IMG/VR virus record: IMGVR_UViG_3300028187_000002
DNA from: an uncultured virus (IMG/VR IMGVR_UViG_3300028187_000002)
Taxonomy: Duplodnaviria; Heunggongvirae; Uroviricota; Caudoviricetes; Herelleviridae
Reading direction: 5' to 3' (one strand)
DNA length: 64,000 bases
The notes beneath the pieces were generated by a model that worked only from the letters and a program-made list of their open reading frames with translations, was not told the origin of the DNA and made no database searches. Of this stretch, positions 37,608 through 46,293 are shown piece by piece. Position 1 is the first letter of the stretch, and the number at the start of each line of letters is the position of its first letter. Position numbers and translations under genes: made by a program.

Positions 37608-40326
37608 CTGATAATACTTCCTCTAGTAATTCCATTATTTCCTCTGCACCTTCCTCATCACCATCCTCTAATAGCTTAGTTACTAGTGCACCAGCATCTT
37701 TCTCTAGTGTACGCAGTTCCTCTTCATGTTGTTCTCTACGCTCATCTTCATCAATTTCAATAGGGGTGTTTTTTGGTGGGGTTTTGCCTTTTTTGTCCTC
37801 TCCATCTACTAGTTCGACAGAGAACTCGGCATTGTTCTTGTATCTGAACAACTCATTCAGCACTTCCTGTTTTGGTCTTCCCATAAGCCTTGCATTTATA
37901 TCGTATAAGTCATTATTGTCATATTTCTTGTATCTCTTTTCAGGCTCGTTAATAGCCTTAACCATAAATGGTGGAGTAGCTTCACCCTTCTTATTGTACA
38001 TCTTTAGCTTGACGATTGCATGGTGCTTAGGCATACCCTTTGATATTTGGTCTACGCTAAATTCTGGTTGAATAACAGACTCCAGTTCTTTCAAGTTATC
38101 TCTATCTGTTTGGAATATAACATAGTGTGGACCAGCCTTACGTATCATCTTAGGTAACTCTCTATCCGCCTTTTTTAACTGCTCCCATCCATGGAACATA
38201 AATGTTAAGCCACAACGATACTTTCTATAACGAGTTAACATACTTCTCCAGCGTTCACTACCTTTGATATAGTGGTCTGGTTCATCTAGTACTATGAAGC
38301 ATGGCTTACGGTCATCCTCCTCCTCAATATCTTCCCTACTAATGATAGCCAAATTAAACTTAGATATTAGGAATGATACTAGTGCGGTCTGATTCTCTTC
38401 ACCTAGTGTTTCATTAGCCTTGACTAATACTAGACAGCCTTCATCCATCCACTTTCTGAAGTCTACTAGATATTCACCATTCTCATCCTTTTTAGGCTTC
38501 TGAAGTATGAAACTCTTTAGAGCCTTCTTACGCATTACAACTGCTAGACGTCTGAATGCTTGCTCATATATAGCTTTTCTGTCCTCTTTAGACATCTTCT
38601 CATGGAAGTATTCCCAGTCACTACGCAACTCTGGGTCATCAATATGAGGAATAACACTAGCACGATATTCTGCATTACTCAACATATTCTCTATATCCTG
38701 TAACGTTGCATCTGGAGTAGTGTACACTGCACGTACAGCATTCTCAACCCAGATTCTAGATGTCATGCTTAGTTCTGTACCTGCTACAAGCTCAACGTAT
38801 GACAGAATCTCTTCAGTAATTAAATCCTCAATAACGTCAGTATTTCTACCTCTGAATATTTCATTCCAGCCCAACCCTACAGGGTTCTCTGAATTTAGCA
38901 AGTCTATTATCTTTACCTTATCCCTCTTATCTGGTGGAACTAGATTCAGTATCCTCTGTGCCAATTTACCATCTGCTGCATCTACTACCATAGACCCATA
39001 ACCTTTCTCCAGTGCATCTAGTGCAAAGCTAGCTGCAAATGTGGACTTACCACTACCTGGCTCTCCTATTACCACACGTGACATACACAGTAGGTTAGGG
39101 TTGTCTCCTGCGAAGTATACTGTCTTAGTTTCACCATCTGTGTCTTCATATGTCGCAAACGGTATACCCTTACCGTCATCTTCAAATATCTCCTTAGGTA
39201 TATCTGCTAAACTTCTATGTTGAACAGTGTCTAACTCTCCTTGGTGTTCTAACTGTAACACTTGGTCTGGTACCTGTATTATCTTAGCTAATTCTAGGGA
39301 GCATAGCTCATCTCCATTCATCTTAACAACCATCTTACGGTCTCTAATATTCTTGAGGGCTTTCACCTTGTCTCTACCCTCTACTTCTTTCGTCACTATC
39401 TTATTATCCCCTTCTAGAGGGTGGAAACCTGCTGTAAGGCTTCTTGTGATAGCTCTACGTCTATCTTCATCCTCGGATACAGCTACTGCATTAAAGTTAA
39501 TCTTGAATCCTTCACTATACTTCTTACGTAATGATGATTTAGAACGTCCCTCATGTGCCTTTCTCTTTAGTGAGTCTCTGAACTCACTATTCATCTCCCA
39601 GCCAGGTATGAGGAAATCACCTACTATGTTCATAAGTTCTTCAAGAACAAGACCCACAACGTTAGCCAAGCCCACCAAGACGTTTTTTGATGTAAACATC
39701 GTACCTTTTTTCTTAGGAATGGTGTTCTTTTCCTTGATATCTTCGCTGATTCCAACCATAGTCTCATTCCAAGACTCCCCTAATGGTCTCATCCCTAGTT
39801 GGAGTATCGCATAATCCTCATCCTTGAGATAGTTAGTAGTCGTCAAGATAGAGTCCAATGGAGTATACTTAGGGTTCTCTACATCCAAGGATAGCGCTGG
39901 ATGATTCTGTAAGGACATCTTGGTGACACTAGTATTGTCCATATGAAGATTAGGCAGAGGGTCTTTCACCTCCCTTACTGTAGAACGTTTCCAGCATCTT
40001 CTTATCTGCCTAGTAAGTGCATCCTTTAAGTGGTCTTTATCAGGTATAACCAGATAGAACTTCACCTGACCTTTGTGTATTATTACTTCCCACCATATAT
40101 TCATCTCTGGAGTGTAGACCAGTCTACCACCTGCAAAGTTGATACGTCTGTTTAGTGGAGTGAACAGTGTTGCAAACTCTGTTATAAGCCACCTAACTCC
40201 TGCATTAGACGTCATCTTACTAGGAATAACCTCCAGTGTCACATACTGTATTTCCTCTTTCTCTACTAAACGTATCTTCTCCTTAGTAGTTGGATTAACA
40301 ATATTAACCTCTGGTTGTGCATTCAT
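37585..40326 (-). CDS. VirD4/VirB4 (HerA-FtsK superfamily) coupling-protein-like ATPase, 913 aa
   Basis: Walker A 'GEPGSGKST', 'VVDAADG', Walker B 'IVLDEPD', 'RKYRCGLTFMFH..EQL'; ~400-aa N-terminal extension with one hydrophobic segment; acidic tail. Confidence 0.8.
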   Translation of the reverse strand: MNAQPEVNIVNPTTKEKIRLVEKEEIQYVTLEVIPSKMTSNAGVRWLITEFATLFTPLNRRINFAGGRLVYTPEMNIWWEVIIHKGQVKFYLVIPDKDHLKDALTRQIRRCWKRSTVREVKDPLPNLHMDNTSVTKMSLQNHPALSLDVENPKYTPLDSILTTTNYLKDEDYAILQLGMRPLGESWNETMVGISEDIKEKNTIPKKKGTMFTSKNVLVGLANVVGLVLEELMNIVGDFLIPGWEMNSEFRDSLKRKAHEGRSKSSLRKKYSEGFKINFNAVAVSEDEDRRRAITRSLTAGFHPLEGDNKIVTKEVEGRDKVKALKNIRDRKMVVKMNGDELCSLELAKIIQVPDQVLQLEHQGELDTVQHRSLADIPKEIFEDDGKGIPFATYEDTDGETKTVYFAGDNPNLLCMSRVVIGEPGSGKSTFAASFALDALEKGYGSMVVDAADGKLAQRILNLVPPDKRDKVKIIDLLNSENPVGLGWNEIFRGRNTDVIEDLITEEILSYVELVAGTELSMTSRIWVENAVRAVYTTPDATLQDIENMLSNAEYRASVIPHIDDPELRSDWEYFHEKMSKEDRKAIYEQAFRRLAVVMRKKALKSFILQKPKKDENGEYLVDFRKWMDEGCLVLVKANETLGEENQTALVSFLISKFNLAIISREDIEEEDDRKPCFIVLDEPDHYIKGSERWRSMLTRYRKYRCGLTFMFHGWEQLKKADRELPKMIRKAGPHYVIFQTDRDNLKELESVIQPEFSVDQISKGMPKHHAIVKLKMYNKKGEATPPFMVKAINEPEKRYKKYDNNDLYDINARLMGRPKQEVLNELFRYKNNAEFSVELVDGEDKKGKTPPKNTPIEIDEDERREQHEEELRTLEKDAGALVTKLLEDGDEEGAEEIMELLEEVLSDDGLEEG

Positions 40327-40337
40327 CTTAACCCCTC

Positions 40338-40538
40338 CTATTTAAACCATCCTTGCATAAATTCTGGTAACACATACATCATTTCTTCCCTAGCCTTCTC
40401 ACCGATAGATTCAAACGTTGCATCAAATATCCCACCCATTATACCACCGATGAACTTGAGACCATTTCCAGATAACTCTGGTACAGCTAACGAGATAACT
40501 ACATAGATACAAGAGTATGCCATCTTGCGTACATTCAT
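40338..40538 (-). CDS. 66-aa membrane micro-protein
   Basis: RBS GGAGG; hydrophobic N-terminal half; coupled to neighbours. Confidence 0.7.
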   Translation of the reverse strand: MNVRKMAYSCIYVVISLAVPELSGNGLKFIGGIMGGIFDATFESIGEKAREEMMYVLPEFMQGWFK

Positions 40539-40539
40539 A

Positions 40540-40683
40540 TTAGTGTCCTCCCATCCACATACCCATTATCACCTTTACAGTTTTGTAAGCCACTTGATAT
40601 GAGAATCCAGGAGCTATATATTCAATAGCTCCCATTATCAAGAGCGACTTACATATACTTCCAACCAACCTAACCCAGAACAT
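40540..40683 (-). CDS. 47-aa membrane micro-protein (not in ORF track)
   Basis: RBS GGAGG; MFWVRLVGSICKSLLIMGAIEYIAPGFSYQVAYKTVKVIMGMWMGGH; 1-nt gaps to both neighbours. Confidence 0.7.
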   Translation of the reverse strand: MFWVRLVGSICKSLLIMGAIEYIAPGFSYQVAYKTVKVIMGMWMGGH

Positions 40684-40684
40684 G

Positions 40685-40819
40685 TTATTGTACCTCCAAG
40701 AGTACTTCTACTGCCTTGTTAACTGACCATGTCAACACCTTGATAGTTACCATACCTGCTGTAACTAATCCTGCACCCACAACGTATAGCACTTTATTGC
40801 TTACTGGTTTCTTCTCCAT
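40685..40819 (-). CDS. 44-aa membrane micro-protein (not in ORF track)
   Basis: RBS GGAGGG; MEKKPVSNKVLYVVGAGLVTAGMVTIKVLTWSVNKAVEVLLEVQ. Confidence 0.7.
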   Translation of the reverse strand: MEKKPVSNKVLYVVGAGLVTAGMVTIKVLTWSVNKAVEVLLEVQ

Positions 40820-40830
40820 GTAAATCCCTC

Positions 40831-41211
40831 CTATTGAAATTGTTTAGTATTTGCACTCAAAGCCTTGTCTAGGTCTATCTCTTTGTCCTGCTGTACAAGT
40901 ATCTTTGGCTTGGATTCTTTTATCTGAGGTGCAGGCTTCTTATCTGACACTGGGAGCTGAGGCTTCTGATGTGATACTTTTTTCTTGGGTTTGCTAGGGT
41001 TTTCTGGTCTCTGATGTGATTTGATAGGAGTCTGTGACATTATCTCTGAGGTGATGTTATCATATAACCTCTGTGCCAGCTTTGGGTCATGCTCTACTGC
41101 AAATAATACACACTCCCTGATAAAACCGCTTCTATCCTTCATATCATTTAGATGGTCTTCCAGCCACTCTGTAGACTTAGTTGTTCTGAATGTATACTGT
41201 TTATCAGCCAT
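40831..41211 (-). CDS. ParR-like ribbon-helix-helix DNA-binding adaptor
   Basis: 'QYTFRT....EWL..HL......SGFIRECV' RHH pattern, disordered K/P linker, short C-terminal helix; directly after ParM. Confidence 0.65.
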   Translation of the reverse strand: MADKQYTFRTTKSTEWLEDHLNDMKDRSGFIRECVLFAVEHDPKLAQRLYDNITSEIMSQTPIKSHQRPENPSKPKKKVSHQKPQLPVSDKKPAPQIKESKPKILVQQDKEIDLDKALSANTKQFQ

Positions 41212-41212
41212 A

Positions 41213-42250
41213 TCATACACCCCTAATCAGATTTCTCACACCCCACTTGTGATACCCTTTAGCTACTGCAAACTGACCGCTCTTAGCTAGTTCTGGGTTT
41301 GGGAAGTGGTCTTTCATATGAGGGTACAGTGAAACCCCTCCACCACCAGCAAATATTATCTTGTCTAGGAAGTTTATTTCATCCTTCCAAAAGTTATGCA
41401 GTCTATTAGTGATGTCATAAGCTACGTTCTCACATGCCCAATCAATAGTTGGAGCCATGTCGTATATCTTAGTTCCAGACTTCAGTACTCTGCTTTGAAC
41501 TACATGTTCAGCCTTATACAGTGGGAAGTTTACTCCTGTGTGGTCTAATATATTATCTGAGACGACTTGGTTTACAGAGTTCATAGCAACGCTGAAGCTA
41601 GTAGTCAGATGCTCAATGTTATTGAAGACCTCACACACGTAGATGTCTGTAGTTCCAAACCCTATATCAACTACTGCTACCCTCGACTTAGCTAAGTTAG
41701 TGTCTGATATCTCACCTTTATCATCCAGTATTCTGTCCATTAAAGCCCCAAACGGTTGTGGTACGAATAATCCTTTCTTACCCTTAACTGAGCCATTGAT
41801 TTTGATACCTGAAGACTCTAGATGGTACTCATGCTTGTTATCCATAAACAGGCTCTTAATAGCTTCCTTATACTGGTCAAAGTGACTAACTGGTAACCCT
41901 GATACAAAGTTAGTTTCCACCGACCCACCACCCATACCTAGACCGAGAACAGTTCCTAGTAGTATTTTTGTAACCTCACTATCAAAGCGGTCACCAGTTA
42001 GGGAGTGTTTAACGATTCTAGATTGAGATATTGCCAAGTCTGATACAAAGTGTGTGCCGTCTGCATTTCTATACTCAATGTCATCGTGCTTTTGGTCTAC
42101 TTCAAAGGAGTCTGCTACACTCTTATTGAATTCCTTTAGCTTTCTATCTCTTCCAACACCTACAACCGACTTGATTACAGCTGGCTTACCATTGATGATA
42201 GCATTTGTGTACATGAACCCCAAGTCTACAGATGTAATTGCTCTACTCAT
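41213..42250 (-). CDS. parM: ParM/StbA-family actin-like ATPase
   Basis: 'VDLGF', 'VSGLPV', 'PQPFGA', 'VVDIGFGTTD', 'IFAGGGG'; RBS GGAGG. Confidence 0.9.
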   Translation of the reverse strand: MSRAITSVDLGFMYTNAIINGKPAVIKSVVGVGRDRKLKEFNKSVADSFEVDQKHDDIEYRNADGTHFVSDLAISQSRIVKHSLTGDRFDSEVTKILLGTVLGLGMGGGSVETNFVSGLPVSHFDQYKEAIKSLFMDNKHEYHLESSGIKINGSVKGKKGLFVPQPFGALMDRILDDKGEISDTNLAKSRVAVVDIGFGTTDIYVCEVFNNIEHLTTSFSVAMNSVNQVVSDNILDHTGVNFPLYKAEHVVQSRVLKSGTKIYDMAPTIDWACENVAYDITNRLHNFWKDEINFLDKIIFAGGGGVSLYPHMKDHFPNPELAKSGQFAVAKGYHKWGVRNLIRGV

Positions 42251-42262
42251 ATCTGATTCCTC

Positions 42263-42739
42263 CTAGAAAGATATAGATGATCTGATGATATTGGAAATCC
42301 AACGTAGCATCTGGAACATAGTAGGTAACATTGAGATTCCAATGTAAGCATATCCTACGTTCTTAATTCTGTTCCATCCAGCATCCTTACTCTTACCTGT
42401 TGCCATCATGATAAACCCTATCAGAGCGTAGAACCAAAGTATTGGCTCTGCTATTGCAGTGAATATGTCAACTATATCCATGAATCCTCTGCGTAGGTCG
42501 TTGGCATTCTGAGTAGCTGCAAATGCATGTGTAGCTCTCATTCCTAGGCGTGTAACGATTGCTGTAGGTAATATCATCTCACCGAACCATCTAACCAGTG
42601 ACTTTCTACCCTGCTCTAGTTCTCCAGTATGTCGTGATCTATTTTCATACTGAGGTTCTATGAAATCCCACTTAATTACTTCAGACTTCTTAGGTTTGCT
42701 CACCTGATTGTGGTTACATTTAACTACAAGTTGCGTCAT
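42263..42739 (-). CDS. VirB2/TrbC pilin-like membrane protein
   Basis: RBS GGAGGAG before ATG 42739; 'AFAA' followed by two hydrophobic helices joined by 'GKSKDAGWNRIKN', a pilin-like layout. Confidence 0.55.
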   Translation of the reverse strand: MTQLVVKCNHNQVSKPKKSEVIKWDFIEPQYENRSRHTGELEQGRKSLVRWFGEMILPTAIVTRLGMRATHAFAATQNANDLRRGFMDIVDIFTAIAEPILWFYALIGFIMMATGKSKDAGWNRIKNVGYAYIGISMLPTMFQMLRWISNIIRSSISF

Positions 42740-43045
42740 TCTAATCTCCTCCATACTCATGATTTTCGCAACCCAGTGCGGAGACACCCCAGAGTAAGAA
42801 AAAATGTTTCGCTTTTGGTGGGGATTGGGACACCTAGAGAATCAAAGAGTGTACTAGCATGCACCCCCCGTTACTCAAAAGTGACGGTGACTCGTTTCGG
42901 GGGGTCGTTTCGGGTTTGCTTTAACTTTACGTTGGTCTAGCTTGTCACATTACTAGGGACGAGTCCAATGCCATTGCTTCCTGTTAATACGGAAGAATAT
43001 TCCTGTGATGGGTTGGGGAAATCTAAGTTCAGGGGGTGGCTATCA

Positions 43046-43147
43046 ATGGAAGAGAAGAAAGCACTAGGTGAACGCATCTTTGACTTTTCAATAAGAGGGC
43101 TTATAGTACTCTATTTCATAAAAGCGGCAGTGGAAGTATTTGGGTAA
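43046..43147 (+). CDS. 33-aa single-TM peptide (not in ORF track)
   Basis: RBS AGGGGGTG; MEEKKALGERIFDFSIRGLIVLYFIKAAVEVFG. Confidence 0.6.
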   Translation: MEEKKALGERIFDFSIRGLIVLYFIKAAVEVFG

Positions 43148-43191
43148 GGCATCAAGGAATCCCCACGGAGGGGAGGGAAAAAAGAAAAAGG

Positions 43192-43309
43192 AAGAGAGAG
43201 CAACGCACTACAGACTGGCATAGTGAATAGTGTAAGGAAATGTAGCCTACCTCGTTCATGACCTTATAGCTGATTCCCTAGTTCTGTGGCTACCTTGTGT
43301 CTCTCTTTT
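43192..43309. ncRNA. Candidate structured RNA (long imperfect hairpin)
   Basis: Nested pairings traced by hand: AAGAGAGA/TCTCTCTT, GCAA/TTGT, CTACAGA/TCTGTGG, CTGG/CTAG, GAAT/ATTC, GTAAGG/CCTTAT, ATG/CAT. Confidence 0.4.
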
Positions 43310-43376
43310 ACTGTGTATTATACCATAGTCTCCTTCATGATAATTTATTTAGACAAGTTATTTTGGAGGTGTAGAA

Positions 43377-43691
43377 ATGGCTATTAATAAATATATCCAT
43401 GATGTAAATGCTTATGTAGAACAACAAAAGCGCTACGGAACTGACAGTGTTAAGGTTGAGTTAGACGATGTGGCTAACAAGGTAACTGTAGCTCTAGTAG
43501 ATGTGTACTTAGCTCCTGTTGCAGGTGCACCATTACTAGTAGATGAGACATTACCTAATGCTCGTGCTGCGGTTAAGTTCTATGAGGAAATGATTCACCA
43601 GTTAGAGCAAGGTGACGTTATTCGTAACCTACACACAACTGGCAAGAAGACATCTGGTGGGTACACTGATAACAACAGTCGCTACCAGTAA
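43377..43691 (+). CDS. Hypothetical protein
   Basis: RBS GGAGGTG; monocistronic with its own terminator. Confidence 0.7.
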   Translation: MAINKYIHDVNAYVEQQKRYGTDSVKVELDDVANKVTVALVDVYLAPVAGAPLLVDETLPNARAAVKFYEEMIHQLEQGDVIRNLHTTGKKTSGGYTDNNSRYQ

Positions 43692-43700
43692 GCAACGCTT

Positions 43701-43735
43701 AAAAGAGTACCCTTTGGGTACTCTTTTTATTTTTT
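43701..43735 (+). terminator. Intrinsic terminator
   Basis: AAAAGAGTACC-ctttg-GGTACTCTTTT plus T-rich tail. Confidence 0.85.
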
Positions 43736-43842
43736 GTCTTTTTTATTAAAAAGAGTATTTAAAAGTTCTCTTTAAATTTTTAAGAATTTTAAGTATACTT
43801 TTAAATTTTTAGTAAGTAAAGGGGCTAGGTTTTCCATACAGA

Positions 43843-43874
43843 GGGAGACAACTTTGAGTTTGAACGCTTTAATT
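43843..43874 (+). promoter_or_regulatory. Phage middle-type promoter motif
   Basis: GGGAGA-N19-TTTAATT. Confidence 0.65.
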
Positions 43875-43904
43875 AAGCGAACTCACTCAAAGGAGGAATT
43901 TTAT

Positions 43905-45077
43905 ATGGCTGAGATATTTACAGGCAATAACCCATCCCAAATGTACATGGATGCATTGTTCACTCTATGTTTAGAAGGTGATGTAGTAAAACCACGTGGG
44001 AAAGCGGTAAAGGAGATTCGACCCGTAATCTTAGAGTTTACTGAACCTGCTAACCGTTTAACATTCTTGTTAGGACGAGTAGTAAATCCATTCTTCCAAC
44101 TAGCTGAATCTACAGCGTGGATTATGGGTGGTAGAAGTGATGTGAAATGGTTACTGGATTATAATGCTAGCATGGAACAGTTCTCTGATGACGGTGAATT
44201 CTTTAATGCTCCATATGGTGAGCGTCTACGTCACTGGAACAAGAGTGATGCGAATGGCTTTATCATGAATCCTTTTGACCAGTTATACGATGTGTATGAG
44301 AAGCTTAAAGCTGACCCTGACACACGCCAAGCAGTAGCAGTGATTTATAATCCTATCTTTGACCATGCACGCAATGAGACAAAAGATAGACCATGTAACC
44401 TTCTCTTGACTTTCAAGATACGTAAAGGTAAACTAGATTTATCAGTAATGAACCGTAGTAACGACCTGCATTGGGGTACCTTTGGTGCCAACCTTTGTCA
44501 ATTTGCTACTGTTTTAGAGTGTATGTCAAGCTGGTTAGGTATTCCTATGGGAACATACAATCAGATTACTGACTCTCTTCATATCTATCTTGATGACTAT
44601 GGTGCAAAAGAGACTGATAAAGTGTTGAATGCTTATGGATTGACTTCTACTACTTTAGTTGGACGTGAAGTACCACAAGTACAACAATTCACATTCAGCA
44701 ATGAGCCTAGAATGTCTAGTGATTTTGATTCATTCCATGACCACCTAGATGAATTCTTTACTGACATTAATCCTAGGTTCGATGACCCAACTTCATATGC
44801 TGGAGAATGGTATGTGGATGTAATAAACCACATTAACTCTATCCCTGATGATTACCTACGAATGGCATTTTCTGCAATGTTTGCATATAGAGCGCATAAG
44901 GAAGGTCGTAGCTGGCATATCGTGTGTGCGGCACTAGATAATATGCCTGCCTGCTCTTGGAAACTGTCTTGTCTACGATTCTTGTATCCTAAATATAAGG
45001 ACTTGTCAGACTTCAAGATGTTATACGAGGGCTGGGATTACGACAAGGTTCTTTACATCGAACGCACGAACGGATAG
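43905..45077 (+). CDS. Thymidylate-synthase-family enzyme, probable dUMP hydroxymethylase
   Basis: 'YGERLR', 'DTRQAV', catalytic 'PCN', 'RSND', 'GAN', 'SLHIY'; divergent from ThyA with a C-terminal extension; RBS AAGGAGG. Confidence 0.78.
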   Translation: MAEIFTGNNPSQMYMDALFTLCLEGDVVKPRGKAVKEIRPVILEFTEPANRLTFLLGRVVNPFFQLAESTAWIMGGRSDVKWLLDYNASMEQFSDDGEFFNAPYGERLRHWNKSDANGFIMNPFDQLYDVYEKLKADPDTRQAVAVIYNPIFDHARNETKDRPCNLLLTFKIRKGKLDLSVMNRSNDLHWGTFGANLCQFATVLECMSSWLGIPMGTYNQITDSLHIYLDDYGAKETDKVLNAYGLTSTTLVGREVPQVQQFTFSNEPRMSSDFDSFHDHLDEFFTDINPRFDDPTSYAGEWYVDVINHINSIPDDYLRMAFSAMFAYRAHKEGRSWHIVCAALDNMPACSWKLSCLRFLYPKYKDLSDFKMLYEGWDYDKVLYIERTNG

Positions 45078-45175
45078 TGCAGGAGAGAGAAGTTGGGACA
45101 CTTCCTCTTTTTTTAAGGCGAACGGGCGGTTGACCTGTTCGCTATTTTTTTTTTTTTTGGAGAGGGAGTGTTTTA

Positions 45176-45556
45176 ATGGGTAAAGCACTATTAGACGGAG
45201 AGATTATATTGGCAGTAGATTTTGATGGAACGATTAGCACAGAACCTGACATGGGGCATAAGCTAGTATTACAGCCAGAGTGTAAACGAGTACTAGAGAG
45301 ATTATATGAAGATGGTGTTCGTTTAATTCTATGGACTTGTCGTACTGGAGCACCCCTAGATGAGGCGTTAGCGTTCCTAAAAGCAAATGAGTTAGGTCAT
45401 ATCTGGTGTGCTGTAAATGACCAACTACCTGAAGTGAATGCAATATATGAACCAAATGTAGCTAGAAAAGTTGGTGCTGATATTTATATTGACGATAAGT
45501 CAATTGGATATAAAGTCGATTGGTTAGCAATCGAAAAACACATATATGGAGAGTGA
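45176..45556 (+). CDS. HAD-superfamily phosphatase
   Basis: 'AVDFDGTI', 'LWTCR', 'RK..ADIYIDDK'. Confidence 0.8.
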   Translation: MGKALLDGEIILAVDFDGTISTEPDMGHKLVLQPECKRVLERLYEDGVRLILWTCRTGAPLDEALAFLKANELGHIWCAVNDQLPEVNAIYEPNVARKVGADIYIDDKSIGYKVDWLAIEKHIYGE

Positions 45557-46256
45557 TTGTATGTTCTTCCCTAAAATTGGAGACAAGGTGTACGTAGCAG
45601 GAAATTCATTGGCACATTTTGAGATTGTAGACATAGCTATTCTTAATTCGGATAACGCTTCATCCACTATAGCTAATGGAGGGTCAGTGAGATTTAAGGT
45701 AGGAGCAGGAGCGTATGAGTCAGAGTGGCTTCATATCAATAGTATTACTTTAGTAGAGACTGTTGAACGCTTAACTACTGCACCTATCCCACCTGCTAAT
45801 ATGGATATTGAAGCCATTGCACAGAAGATGACTAGGTGGATGGAAGGGTTACCAAGCCAACCAGATAATAGTAAGCTACCTGAGATTGTGACGTTGTTAA
45901 TGGCAATCCAGTATGACAAAGAGAAGTACTATGGCTCATCTTGGAAAGGCAAAGGGGAAATACGTGGTATCATGGCAAACATTGACCGCAAATATGACCG
46001 CCTAGATAAGATGACCAACGATGAGATAGAGGGTGCAGTTAGTACCCTAAACCTTCTTGAAGAGGGGTTAAGAACGGGTAGATTGACTACTGAGCAGGTA
46101 GGGGAGAGCAAGATTGATGCTATAGCTGACCTTACGAATTATGGAATCCTGTATATGACGTATGTTAGAGACAACTTCCCTAATGTATTCAAAATATGGG
46201 TGGATAAAAATGTTCCAGATTACTCAAAAGACAAGATGCTCTTCCTAGAGCAATAG
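45546..46256 (+). CDS. Nucleotide-modification-associated, MazG-like all-alpha pyrophosphatase domain protein
   Basis: 'DKEKYYGSSW', 'NIDRKYDRL', 'ESKIDAIADL.NYGIL' resemble DUF1599/Nmad1-type domains. Confidence 0.6.
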   Translation: MESDCMFFPKIGDKVYVAGNSLAHFEIVDIAILNSDNASSTIANGGSVRFKVGAGAYESEWLHINSITLVETVERLTTAPIPPANMDIEAIAQKMTRWMEGLPSQPDNSKLPEIVTLLMAIQYDKEKYYGSSWKGKGEIRGIMANIDRKYDRLDKMTNDEIEGAVSTLNLLEEGLRTGRLTTEQVGESKIDAIADLTNYGILYMTYVRDNFPNVFKIWVDKNVPDYSKDKMLFLEQ

Positions 46257-46293
46257 TACTGGGGAGATAATGATAAACACTCTCCCCTATCAG

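Noticed and set aside
42900..42935. c-di-GMP-I riboswitch-like 'GCAAACC..GAAA' on the minus strand
   Set aside because: The downstream GACGCAAAGC and second stem are absent.
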